Assembly (NCBI GenBank): GCA_964658525.1
Contig: CAZZZG010000003.1
Coordinates: 21,965 to 85,964, forward strand
Source: an uncultured Edaphobacter sp.
Lineage (GTDB): Bacteria; Acidobacteriota; Terriglobia; Terriglobales; Acidobacteriaceae
DNA: 64,000 bases
Direction: 5' to 3'
A program made the translations under genes and the position numbers. The notes under the pieces were generated by a model. It made no database searches and had not been told where the DNA came from. It was given only the letters and a program-made list of their open reading frames with translations. Every line of letters begins with the position of its first letter. Position 1 is the stretch's first letter. Shown here in pieces: positions 36,913-46,435 of the stretch.

Positions 36913-38665
36913 TCACAAATCCAACTCGATATCTGAAGTCGGACTCGCGCAGCAGATAAGAGCCCGATCAGAGGAGGGTGGATCGATTGGCTCCGGCGAA
37001 TACTTCAATTCGCCACTAATGACGCCACTCTCGCAGTTATGACAGACTCCCGAACGGCACGACCACCGCACAGGAACGTCACATGCCTCCGCTGCCTCAA
37101 GCAGATTATGAAACTGCGCACCCCAATGGAAGGAAACGCCGCTTTTGACGAAGGTTACGAGTGGACCGGATTCCCCCGGATCTTGAGGTGGATGTGGTTT
37201 AGAGTGCGGGGACTGACCGGCTGGTGCGGCAGATGGCCGAAGGCTTCGACTTGGACACGAGCGCTCGCGATGCCCCATGCGAGAAGGAGTTCTGAAAGGC
37301 TCGTGAGATAAGCACCAGGTCCACACATGTAAAAAGCAGCGTTCTTCGGCACCCCGAGTCTCTCGAGCATCGAGCTATTAAGATGGCCCAACTCTTCGAA
37401 GTCGCGCCCCTGGAGTTCTTCACCGGTTGGCCGACTAAAGATCCGGGAAAAATGCACACGCGTGATGCCGGCGATGAGATCGGATACCTCCTTCGCGAAG
37501 GGATAGTGACTGGAATTCTGTGCCGAATGAATCCACCAGATCTCCCGTGGCATTCGAGGGAGGTTAGAGACCGCTGAATGCAGCATCGCCAGCATTGGCG
37601 TAATCCCAACTCCTGCGCTTCAGAGGACGACGGGATTCGATTCTTCGACGAGGACAAATGTTCCCCTTGGTGCACTTGCTTCGATCAGATCGCCAATTTT
37701 CACGCTGTGGTGCAAATATCCGCTCGCCACTCCCCCTTCTTCGAGCTTTACTCCGATTCGATAGATTGGATCGCCCACTGCTCCACTTAAGGAGTACATA
37801 CGGGTGATAGGTGAGCCCGATGCAGTGATCCGCAACTTCACTGCGATGTGTTGCCCGGGAAAGAAATCGGGTGGGTGGATACCATCTGCCATTGCCAGTT
37901 CAAAGGAACGAACATCTTCACTCTCCTGTTTCACCGCTTGGACTTGTAACTTACGAAACCCAGTCCAGGCTGGAGGAGCAAGAGGCTGCGAGACCAGACC
38001 TGCATTCCCCGATGTTTCACCTGAGGCAGCGGCATTTAACAGATCCTTGAACGAATTCTGCCATCCCTGGCTCAACGAAGGGATACTGAGGGCCTTCGCG
38101 AGAGAAGCAGCCGGATGATCTGCGGTGTAGAGGAGTGAGTCGATCTCGGCCACGGTCATTCGCTCAGGGCCATCCAAAACCTTCTCAATCAAATCTCCGG
38201 CCTCGATTATCCCCTCTTCAATTACGCGGAAGTAGAAACCCGGACGGCGATGCGTTACCAAAAGTGCGGGCATCCGAGACTCATTCATCCGGATGCCGAC
38301 TTTGTAACAGGTAACCCTGGGCTGTGTAATCTCAAACACGGCACTACCGATGCGAAACCGGTCGCCAATACAGACTTCGTTGTCTGCCAAACCGTCGACG
38401 GTGAGATTCTCTCCGAACTGGCCAAACACAAAATCGCTCCGGTCGAAATGAGCTTCCCAATAGCGGTAGGAATCGAGTTGATAACCAATAGTGCGCGATG
38501 TTCTCCACCATGCCCTACCAGATCTGCTTGCCCATCTCCTTCAAGTCCATGCTTTCCCGCAAAGACTGGCCCACTGACGCCAGCTTTCCAAATTCCCGTC
38601 CTAACTATCTTGCCTCCCCACTCTACATCGCGAGGAAGACCAACGTTGACTGAAATCAGCTACAT
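36913..38665 (-). pseudogene. MOSC domain / FAD-NAD(P) ferredoxin-reductase / 2Fe-2S ferredoxin fusion gene carrying four lesions
   Basis: My reconstruction starts M-TAG-LISVNVGLPRDVEWGGKIVRTGIWK...GDGQADLVGHGGEHRA, with the TAG at 38660-38662. A frameshift at about 38490 leads into IGYQLDSYRYW...FGENLTVDG...RMYSLS...NPVVL. An in-frame TGA at 37620-37622 is followed by SAGVGITPMLAML...VQVEAFG. A second frameshift at about 37235 leads into ...VTFVKSG...CRSGVCHNCESG...LICCASP. Confidence 0.85.
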
Positions 38666-39043
38666 CGCATGTACTACCTTCCAACAGACCTGTGGCAGAT
38701 AGCTTACCGCAGGTTCGTGTTACGCAGAATGCATGGCTGCAGCGAATCTCAACGCAGTAAGAAGAGCTGTGTCGAAGACGTTGGTCACCACATCTTGAGT
38801 GAATAGTGTAGATGGCAATCTTGTCACGCCCGCTGGAACGAGTTGGAGCAAATACCTGTAGAAAAACTCAGGCAAGTGGCTCAAGAAATCATGGCGCGAG
38901 AAAGTCACGCAAAGTTGAAAATCTACGTGAGCCCTGTCCGCTATCTAGCGAGGCACTGCGCGATACGGGCGGTGAGTCAGCCATACGGAATCCATGGCGT
39001 TCACAGACAATCACAGCCAACCAACACAACCGAGGGAACCTTT

Positions 39044-39463
39044 ATGAGATTCAAGAGCAGTATGGCAGGCGTTCTACTGTGCGGGGCGATGAGCGCGGTA
39101 TCGCTCATGGCGCAAGACGGAAATATCGCTGCAACAGGAACATTTCATGGCGACGCCCACCATACGATGGGACGCGCCACTGTTTATCACACCCCGAAAG
39201 GTGACGTTCTGAGAATCACTCACTTTAAGACCTCAGACGGACCTAACACCCACGTGCTTCTCATCGCCGCAGATGATGCAAAAGACGATCAGAACATTTT
39301 CAAGGAGAATCTTGATCGGGTCGAGCTTGGTCCTCTCAAGGGAACCGAGGGCGATCAAAACTACTCCATTCCCGCCGGAACAGATCTGTCTAAATACAAG
39401 ACAGTAGCGATTTACTGCGAACGCTTTAACGTTACCTTTGGCGCAGCTCCGCTCCAGAAATAG
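39044..39463 (+). CDS. DM13-domain protein, secreted
   Basis: Signal peptide, then GTFHGDAHHTMGRATVY...LRITHFKTSDGPNTHVLL...LGPLKGTEGDQNYSIP...YKTVAIYCERFNVTFGAAPL (DM13 pattern with the conserved Cys). GAGGGA precedes ATG 39044. Confidence 0.75.
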   Translation: MRFKSSMAGVLLCGAMSAVSLMAQDGNIAATGTFHGDAHHTMGRATVYHTPKGDVLRITHFKTSDGPNTHVLLIAADDAKDDQNIFKENLDRVELGPLKGTEGDQNYSIPAGTDLSKYKTVAIYCERFNVTFGAAPLQK

Positions 39464-39530
39464 GCTGAAAAAGGGTGGGTCTGCTGCCGGCAAGCACCCA
39501 CCCTTCAACTCTTGTGAAACGAGACAGAAG

Positions 39531-40037
39531 ATGACCCCAGAAACTAAGCACCTGACACCGAGACATGTCGTTTTGTATGGGATAGCCCTGCTCGTTCTCG
39601 TGGGTCTTTGGTACGCTTTCCGGCCGGAGAAGCTGTTCACCACGACACACGTAAATGAAGCTCCTCCCCAACAGGTGCAAGACGCGCCGACCCCGATCTA
39701 TACGGGCCGGTTCGTTGGCGAAGTACATAAGACTAAAGGGCGAGCGACTGTCTTGAAACAGACTGACGGAAGCAGGTTGCTAAGGCTGTCCGATTTTTCA
39801 ACCTCGAACGGACCTCAATTGCACGTCTTGCTGGTCTATGGTCGTGACCCCAACGCTACCAAGGACTTCAGTCTGACGGCAGTCAAGAACATCGATCTGG
39901 GAGACCTCAAAGGGACTCAGGGCGATCAGAGCTACCAGATCCCACCAACGGCAGACCTAAAGATCTATAACACCGTGACAATTTATTGCGAACATTTTCA
40001 CGCCAACTTTGGGTCTGCCTCGCTTGAGGAGTTCTGA
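39531..40037 (+). CDS. DM13-domain protein, N-terminal membrane anchor
   Basis: TM helix, then GRFVGEVHKTKGRATVL...LRLSDFSTSNGPQLHVLL...LGDLKGTQGDQSYQIP...YNTVTIYCEHFHANFGSASL. It is a paralog of the preceding gene. Confidence 0.75.
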   Translation: MTPETKHLTPRHVVLYGIALLVLVGLWYAFRPEKLFTTTHVNEAPPQQVQDAPTPIYTGRFVGEVHKTKGRATVLKQTDGSRLLRLSDFSTSNGPQLHVLLVYGRDPNATKDFSLTAVKNIDLGDLKGTQGDQSYQIPPTADLKIYNTVTIYCEHFHANFGSASLEEF

Positions 40038-40160
40038 GGACACGCGCGTGTTGAACCCACAGTGGCGCTTTGCGTGTCCATTTCACATCAGGGTCACACT
40101 CAGCGACTGGGCGCACACACGGACTGCCCTCTGCTTCGCTGCTGAAGCTCTTCAATGTGC

Positions 40161-40661
40161 TTAGCTGGCTATCTTCCACGCCGGTCGAATGAAATGGCAC
40201 GTGTAACCGTTGGGATGACGCTCGAGGTAGTCCTGATGTTCCGGCTCCGCCTCCCAAAAGGGCCCCGCGGGAGCGATCTCGGTGACGATCTTGCCCGGCC
40301 AGATTCCAGAGGCTTCAAGGTCTGAGATCGTTTTCTCTGCGATCTGCCGTTGTTCTTCATTGAGATAGAAGATGGCGGACCGATAGCTGGCTCCCTGATC
40401 GTTGCCCTGCCTGTACGGTGTCGTCGGGTCGTGGATCTGGAGGAAAAATTCAAGGACGTTCCGATAGGTTAGCTTTTGAGGATCGAAGATGATCTCAATG
40501 GCTTCCGCGTGGGTGCCATGGTTGCGATAGGTCGCGTTGGCAACCTCTCCTCCGGTATATCCCACCCGCGTCGAGATGACTCCAGAATACCGACGGAGCA
40601 GATCCTGCATCCCCCAAAAACAACCTCCGGCCAAAATTGCGGTTTCGCTGGCTCGATTCAT
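40161..40661 (-). CDS. msrA: Peptide-methionine (S)-S-oxide reductase MsrA
   Basis: [15 protein letters not shown]..., GYTGG and HDPTT motifs. ATG 40661 lies 2 nt after the msrB stop. Confidence 0.9.
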   Translation of the reverse strand: MNRASETAILAGGCFWGMQDLLRRYSGVISTRVGYTGGEVANATYRNHGTHAEAIEIIFDPQKLTYRNVLEFFLQIHDPTTPYRQGNDQGASYRSAIFYLNEEQRQIAEKTISDLEASGIWPGKIVTEIAPAGPFWEAEPEHQDYLERHPNGYTCHFIRPAWKIAS

Positions 40662-40663
40662 GT

Positions 40664-41122
40664 TTAGACCTTCCCTTCGGATGATTCGAATAGTTTGTTG
40701 TACTTTCCGTATCCCTCGCTCTCGAGCTCGTCGAGGCGGATAAAACGAAGAGAAGCGGAGTTGATGCAATACCTCAATCCACCGGCTTCTCGCGGACCAT
40801 CAGGGAAGACATGCCCGAGATGGCTGTCCCCGTGAGTTGAGCGCACTTCAGTACGCGCCGTCCCCAGACTTGTATCCGTATTCTCGATGACATGATCGGA
40901 ATCGATAGGCTTTGTGAAGCTCGGCCATCCGGAATGGCTCACAAATTTGTCAGTCGAGGCAAAGAGCGGCTCGCCGGATACAACATCCACGTAAATGCCA
41001 GGCTTCTTGTTATCCCAATATTCGTTTTCGAATGGGCGTTCCGTTCCATCACGCTGCGTGACACGATATTGTTCCGGAGACAGTTTGGACAGGGCGTCTG
41101 GGTTCTTGTGATATTCGGGCAT
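40664..41122 (-). CDS. msrB: Peptide-methionine (R)-S-oxide reductase MsrB
   Basis: [18 protein letters not shown]...GWPSF...[10 protein letters not shown]...RYCINS. Confidence 0.9.
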   Translation of the reverse strand: MPEYHKNPDALSKLSPEQYRVTQRDGTERPFENEYWDNKKPGIYVDVVSGEPLFASTDKFVSHSGWPSFTKPIDSDHVIENTDTSLGTARTEVRSTHGDSHLGHVFPDGPREAGGLRYCINSASLRFIRLDELESEGYGKYNKLFESSEGKV

Positions 41123-41330
41123 ATCTTCCTTCCTCTGATGGTTGATCTATCTTGAAATGGTTGGAAACGCGATTTGCGATCGAGGTGCTGACAAGTTCAC
41201 AGTTCTAAGCGCGCGAGGCGGGCAAACGTTCAAGAGCACTTAGAATGTGCCTTGAAGCGTCCCGATTCACAAGCTTGAAGAGCCCAGTACATTTGCTGTA
41301 GTTTTCATCAGACCCCTCTCTGCTACGGAC

Positions 41331-41981
41331 CTAAAGAATATTGATTGCGCGAGCGGCAAGTAATGCCACCGTAGTAAAAGAAATTAAGGCCTGAATCATC
41401 ACCAAAGTCTTTGCCCAACGAGAGAGAATCGGCGAATCGCTGGGCGAAAATGCTGTACTCACGTTGAACGCGAGAAACAAATAATCGATAAAACCTGGAC
41501 TCCACTGATCCTCGCCCATATCTCGCTTTGCGTCCCGGTCGAGCGTCATCTGCGGAAATAGGAAAGCCCCATCGGTGTGAACACCACGCATCTCGCGTTC
41601 ACGAGGGCCACCAGCATCGAGGCGCCAATACCAGGATGCGAAGACAAGGATATTAGCTACCCAGAGAGCAGCAGCGGAACGAAGCATTTCCTGAGGAGCG
41701 ATTTTGCGATCTGGAATTGTCGAGATCAGCAAGGATAGGGACCAGATCATGTCGGCCGTGACGATCGAGGTCACTAAGTGGCCAAGGATTCTGTTGAGAA
41801 CATCCAGACCTCCGTAGTGAGCCCAAACGATAGGAACAACCAATAATCCGACCACCACGAGGAGCACCCAATTTGGGCCAAACGAAAAGGCCCTGGGCAG
41901 GATCAGACGCAACCCACCCACCGAAAGGAGAGCAATAGATGCAGGCCATCGAGGCTCCAATCGTTTCACGAGGGATGTCAT
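41331..41981 (-). CDS. DUF1345 membrane protein
   Basis: The C-terminal FIDYLFLAFNVSTAFSPSDSPILSRWAKTLVMIQALISFTTVALLAARAINIL matches the DUF1345 pattern. Confidence 0.65.
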   Translation of the reverse strand: MTSLVKRLEPRWPASIALLSVGGLRLILPRAFSFGPNWVLLVVVGLLVVPIVWAHYGGLDVLNRILGHLVTSIVTADMIWSLSLLISTIPDRKIAPQEMLRSAAALWVANILVFASWYWRLDAGGPREREMRGVHTDGAFLFPQMTLDRDAKRDMGEDQWSPGFIDYLFLAFNVSTAFSPSDSPILSRWAKTLVMIQALISFTTVALLAARAINIL

Positions 41982-42026
41982 ACGTGGACTCGTGTAAGTT
42001 CGCCACGACAGACTCGAAGATAGCGA

Positions 42027-42671
42027 CTACATCTCAAGCAAACCTCTCCGGACCGCCAACGTTACAGCATGCGTTCGGTCTCTCGCCTGAAGCTTGTCCG
42101 CGATGTTTTTGATATGGAAGTTGACTGTCGTCTCCGAAATACCCAACTGACTCCCTATCTCTTTGTTTTTCGTGCCATCTCGGATGAGCGACAGCACTTC
42201 CGTCTCGCGGAGAGTGAGTTCTTCCCTTCCCCAATGTTCAGCCACCATACTGGCAACCTCGGGAGGAATATATTTCTTCCCTTTCGAAACGGTTCGGATG
42301 CTCTTGATCAACTCATCTTTAGATGTGTTCTTCAGGACATAACCAGCGGCTCCGGCCCGTAGGGCGCGTTGAATCTCGATGTCCCCCCGCGACGTTGTCA
42401 GGATGATAATGCGACTGTCACGAGATAGCTTACGGATCGCGAGCAGAGTCTCTGTACCGTTCATACCTGGAAGCCTCTGGTTCATGAGAACAACATCTGG
42501 CTTGAGACGTCTGTATTCACTGAATGCCAAATCAGATGTTTCTGCCTGGGCGACCAATTCCATGTCCGGTTGAGAGGATATAAGCGTTTCGAGACCGCTC
42601 CGAAAGATGGGGTGGTCCTCAACCGTCAAAACTCGTATTGGCTTCTTGCGGTCATCAAGTTGTTGCATCAT
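42027..42671 (-). CDS. NarL/LuxR-family response regulator with Asn in place of the phospho-acceptor Asp
   Basis: REC plus LuxR HTH (GISETTVNFHIKNI). Aligned to NarL LILLDLNMPGMNG, it reads VVLMNQRLPGMNG. Confidence 0.85.
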   Translation of the reverse strand: MMQQLDDRKKPIRVLTVEDHPIFRSGLETLISSQPDMELVAQAETSDLAFSEYRRLKPDVVLMNQRLPGMNGTETLLAIRKLSRDSRIIILTTSRGDIEIQRALRAGAAGYVLKNTSKDELIKSIRTVSKGKKYIPPEVASMVAEHWGREELTLRETEVLSLIRDGTKNKEIGSQLGISETTVNFHIKNIADKLQARDRTHAVTLAVRRGLLEM

Positions 42672-42750
42672 ATTCGTGAATCACGAACCGCGTTCAAAAC
42701 TGTCTGCGCCACCCCTGTCCTCGTTCGAAATGAAGAGCGTGGCATCGAGG

Positions 42751-43293
42751 CTAGAAGCTGCTTCTTGTATCAGCCGGCAGAGAATACGCGGCCCTTAGAG
42801 AATCGGCTAAGGTCCAGATCGAGGCACCAAGCAAAACAAAGTCTTTGATCAAAAACTCGCCGACACCGCCGGACAGAGCTGGAAACCCGCCGAGGCTTGG
42901 TTCCCAACCTGGTGTCGTGAGAATGAAGGAAAGCGTAGTCAGGAACATGCATATGGCGCCGAGGCTTCCAAGTGCCGAAGCGCGTGGGAACCAGGGTCTT
43001 ACCGCGAGCAGCGCAACAATGATGAGTTCTGTCGCCCCAATGATCATCGTGAAGTGATCCACGCTCCAGACGCTGTACCCCCAACTCAGAAGAGGGCTGT
43101 GGGCAATCAATGGCTGGATTCCAACCGCCTCGTAGTGCGTGGCTTTCATCGCACCAATCCAGCCGATCGCGACAACCAGTCCATAGCGTAGGAGCAACTT
43201 GGCAATCGATTCGAGTCGAGCCACTCTGCGCGCCATGGCGTACGATTCTGGAGCTGATGTATTCATTGAGATCATTTCGTCTTGGAGAGCCAT
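42751..43293 (-). CDS. DUF417 membrane protein (YkgB/RclC family)
   Basis: LLRYGLVVAIGWIGAMKATHYEAVGIQPLIAHSPLLSWGY fits the DUF417 consensus (iWiGglKFt.yEaegI.plv..SPlmSw.Y). Confidence 0.75.
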   Translation of the reverse strand: MALQDEMISMNTSAPESYAMARRVARLESIAKLLLRYGLVVAIGWIGAMKATHYEAVGIQPLIAHSPLLSWGYSVWSVDHFTMIIGATELIIVALLAVRPWFPRASALGSLGAICMFLTTLSFILTTPGWEPSLGGFPALSGGVGEFLIKDFVLLGASIWTLADSLRAAYSLPADTRSSF

Positions 43294-43703
43294 ACCTTGC
43301 CGCCATCTTGTTCTTGATGCGAATGCGAAGGGTGCCAGTTCAGTATGCGCCGAGTAAGTCCCTTCTCCCCTTTCGTATTCTGCCGGCTGCTGATGGCGGA
43401 CGTCTTCCGAAAAAGTGCAGTAATCAACCTGTAGTTTCTTTAGGTTTCGACAGAGGGTCTAGCGAGGACGCCGTAGCGACAGGACAGATCAACGCAGGAT
43501 ACACCTGCATAAAAACACAGGTCCAAAACTACAAAGAGTTCGATCTCCGATCTTTAGGCTTGAAGTTAAATAGCAGGAGGGATCCGTCATCTTTGCGTAA
43601 GGTTGACGTCACAGCCAGGCGGAAGACTCATCTGACTACACGCCTGAGTCGATCAGATGAATCCTGAAGTTGAACAGCGAAAGCACAAGTCCGAGGTACA
43701 TTT

Positions 43704-44033
43704 ATGGCTGAAACGATGGAAGCAACGAAGGGAAGGTTCGAAATCGAACGCGATGGTGACACCTCATATCTCGCTTACGAAACCGACGGCGAAGGATGGA
43801 TATTCCTTCTCCATACGGAAGTTCCTCCAGCACTCCGCGGTCGTGGCATAGCCAATGAGCTTGCTCAGATGGGACTCGAATATGCAAAGGCCCATGAGCT
43901 TAAAGTGGATATAGTCTGCCCTATCGTCTTCCATTTCCTCACCAAGAATCCCGAGTACAGGCCTCTGATGGGGAGACGTGGTACCAACCGGCGAAACCTC
44001 AGTCGACGTGAGTACTCCCGGAACGATGATTGA
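43704..44033 (+). CDS. Small GNAT-like acetyltransferase (YjdJ-type)
   Basis: FEIERDGDTSYLAYETDGEGWIFLLHTEVPPALRGRGIANELAQMGLEYAKAHELKVDIVCPIVFHFLTKNPEY. Confidence 0.7.
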   Translation: MAETMEATKGRFEIERDGDTSYLAYETDGEGWIFLLHTEVPPALRGRGIANELAQMGLEYAKAHELKVDIVCPIVFHFLTKNPEYRPLMGRRGTNRRNLSRREYSRNDD

Positions 44034-44112
44034 TTGTCACATCAGCCGCGGAGGTCGCAGTGGCCGCGCGGCCTCAATGGGCCTCAGAACGTCATGCTAT
44101 ACGCTGATCTCT

Positions 44113-44739
44113 TTACATATGCAGCAGACCTCTTCGTAGTGCCACCGTTACCGCATGGGTCCTGTCGTTTGCCTCGAGCTTATCGACCACATTTTTGATG
44201 TGAAAGCTCACGGTCGTTTCGGAGATTCCGAGGTCGCTGGCAATTTGTTTGTTGCGCAGGCCAATGCCAATAAGCCGAAGAACATCCAGTTCACGAGCCG
44301 TCAGGCTCTCATGCCCCATGTGTTCCGCCAATCTGGTCGCAATATTTGCAGGAATGCATCTTCGACCGCTGTGCACCTTGCGAATGATATCGAGCAGCTC
44401 GTTCTTCGCAACACTTTTGAGCACGTAAGCCAGAGCACCTGCTCGTAGAGCCTGTTGGATCTCTATGTCTCCATCAAAGGTCGCAAGCATGATGATTTTT
44501 GCTTTTGGGAATTCGCCGCGAATGGTGGACATTGTTTCGATTCCAGAGCAGCTCGGCAGGCGTGGATCGATGAGCGTCACATCTGGTTGATGTCGACGAT
44601 ACTCCGCAATCGCCTCAGCCGAATCAGAAGCCTGAGCAACGTTCAGCATGTCCGGCTGCGTCGCGATGATCATTCCCAAACCCTCCCGATACACGGGCAT
44701 GTAATCGACTGTAAGGATTCTGATTTGTCCCGACATCAT
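44113..44739 (-). CDS. NarL/LuxR-family response regulator, paralog, with a degenerate acidic pocket
   Basis: REC plus LuxR HTH (GISETTVSFHIKNV). The phospho-site Asp is retained (VTLIDPRLP), but the N-terminal DD pair reads VDY. Confidence 0.85.
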   Translation of the reverse strand: MMSGQIRILTVDYMPVYREGLGMIIATQPDMLNVAQASDSAEAIAEYRRHQPDVTLIDPRLPSCSGIETMSTIRGEFPKAKIIMLATFDGDIEIQQALRAGALAYVLKSVAKNELLDIIRKVHSGRRCIPANIATRLAEHMGHESLTARELDVLRLIGIGLRNKQIASDLGISETTVSFHIKNVVDKLEANDRTHAVTVALRRGLLHM

Positions 44740-45104
44740 GCTAACCTCCCTCTTGATTCCTACCGCTCGTCCAGCCTCCTAGACCTGCACAAATTGCAGT
44801 GAGATACCTAATGTTTTTCAGGTGTGCCGGTCCCTGATCTCAGCGCACACTCAGAAAGTGTTCTTAACCGATTCGCTTGAATCGTTGCTGAACCGGTTTG
44901 ACTAACGGAGCAACAAGCGGTTCCAACTCAGAGTTTAGTGGAGATAAATACGCTCCGGAGTAAGTGACCGTAACGCCACAGCAAAAACAGACCAAACGGC
45001 AATTTGAGACAAAAACGGAGAAACGGTACTCAGCCACACCCCTTGAATTGTCGAAATGGAAGATCACGCGAAATGGAAAGCCAGTTATCAGATTGAGAGT
45101 AAGT

Positions 45105-46004
45105 ATGTGCATTGAAACACCCACGGTAAGCGATGAAATCAGGCTCATTTCACTTATCGTTTCCGGGGAGACAAATCTCTTCTACGACCTGATTCGCCCC
45201 CATGAACACCGGCTTCGCCGCGTGGCAATCGCAGTAGTCAGGAATGAGACCGATGCGGAAGATGTAGTTCAGGAGACACTCGTGAAGGCGTTTCAGAACC
45301 TGAGCGGTTTTCGGGCGGACTCGAGGTTGAGTACCTGGCTGATCAGTATTACGCTCAACGAGGCAAAAGGCCATCTACGCCGTCGCGGACTTCTTGCGTT
45401 CGAGCCCATCGAAGCCTATTGCGAGCGGTTTTCAAGCGTCAGAGATGAAGCGTCCAACCCCTACTACATGGCCGAGCGAAGCCAGATTAAGGAGATTGTT
45501 TCGCGGGCACTTTCAGGGCTTCACCCTCGCTATCGAAATATTTACTTCCTGCGCGAAGTTCATGAGCTCTCAACGCAGAGGGCCGCTGAACAATTGGGAA
45601 TATCCCTTTCGGTAGCGAAGACTCGGCTTCACCGTGCACGCTATCTCCTTCAGGAACGTTTGGAAGTCATGATGAATTTCCCGGTGACACGCAGAGTTCA
45701 TCCTTCCTCGATCTCCGCTCCTAGCGCTCAACTCTTTGAGTCTGCAGCAAAGCGATGTGAGAGAGTTCCGTGCGATGCCGCGAACAAGGAAGAGCGCGAT
45801 ACCGTTGCATCCGAATCGTGCCGCAACCATCAAATCACAATCAAGGACTGCCTGCACGCTCCGATCGTGAGCGATGCTGGATTTCAAACAATAAGAACAG
45901 TTTTTTCGAGGGATGCAGCACATGTCTGGTACGGAACGGATGATTCTTTGAGCGCTTCAATCGTGGAGCCAGTTGATTGCTCGTCTCGCTCAGAGGCTGT
46001 TTAA
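45105..46004 (+). CDS. ECF-type sigma-70 factor with a ~110-aa C-terminal extension
   Basis: Region 2 (DAEDVVQETLVKAFQNLSGFRADSRLSTWLISITLNEAKGHLRRR) and region 4 (YRNIYFLREVHELSTQRAAEQLGISLSVAKTRLHRARYLLQERL). The ORF then continues for about 110 codons containing 5 Cys. Confidence 0.75.
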   Translation: MCIETPTVSDEIRLISLIVSGETNLFYDLIRPHEHRLRRVAIAVVRNETDAEDVVQETLVKAFQNLSGFRADSRLSTWLISITLNEAKGHLRRRGLLAFEPIEAYCERFSSVRDEASNPYYMAERSQIKEIVSRALSGLHPRYRNIYFLREVHELSTQRAAEQLGISLSVAKTRLHRARYLLQERLEVMMNFPVTRRVHPSSISAPSAQLFESAAKRCERVPCDAANKEERDTVASESCRNHQITIKDCLHAPIVSDAGFQTIRTVFSRDAAHVWYGTDDSLSASIVEPVDCSSRSEAV

Positions 46005-46150
46005 TCTCACGGATGAGCAGTTGGAGCGGCAGGCCTCGCCTCAGAGAAATCGATTGATTTATCTTCTTGGTCATCTCACCGTTGCACACGACAAAACGCG
46101 AATCCTGCTACGCATGAGCGATCGTTTCCATCCAGAGCTGGACAGCGCGT
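45922..46150 (+). pseudogene. DinB-superfamily gene remnant with an in-frame TGA
   Basis: MSGTERMIL-TGA(45949-45951)-ALQSWSQLIARLAQRLFNLTDEQLERQASPQRNRLIYLLGHLTVAHDK. This is only the N-terminal part of a DinB-like four-helix protein. Confidence 0.4.
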
Positions 46151-46174
46151 TTTTTGACCATCCTGATCGATTGC

Positions 46175-46295
46175 ACAGTCATCAGTTCCGAGGCGGCCAC
46201 AAGCGTAGGCTTCGCGGACCAGACTCACTTCACCAAAGCATTTCGTCGATTCGTTGGAGCGACGCCAAAGAGTGGCGACAGTACAGGGTTGAAAC
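46175..46295 (+). pseudogene. AraC-family regulator C-terminal fragment (~35 codons, one frameshift)
   Basis: EAATSVGFADQTHFTKAFRRFVGATPK continues in another frame as EWRQ. This is the last helix-turn-helix of AraC proteins. Confidence 0.6.
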
Positions 46296-46435
46296 GAAGT
46301 TCAATGCCCTCGATCTGGATAACTGTGACCACCGGTCCATTTTGCAATGATGCGAATTGTCCCATTGAATGGAATATTTTGTAACGTCGAGTCGGCCCAC
46401 AACTCCAATCTGCGTCTCGGCTGTCTGGTGAAGCC

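Noticed and set aside
37620-37622. In-frame TGA (also 45949-45951) read as selenocysteine or stop-codon reassignment
   Set aside because: TGA clearly terminates intact genes in the same window, for example ada at 29012-14. The position aligns with a hydrophobic residue of the GxGxTP motif. No SECIS-like context is evident, and the same gene carries other lesions.
43590-43620. TTGACGTCA palindrome as a CRP/FNR-type site in the DUF417/GNAT intergenic region
   Set aside because: It is a single 8-bp palindrome, too short and without the TGTGA-N6-TCACA or TTGAT-N4-ATCAA architecture.
45680-46004. Anti-sigma factor (ZAS HxxxCxxC) downstream of or fused to the ECF sigma
   Set aside because: I translated all three plus frames and found no HxxxCxxC motif or transmembrane anti-sigma pattern.
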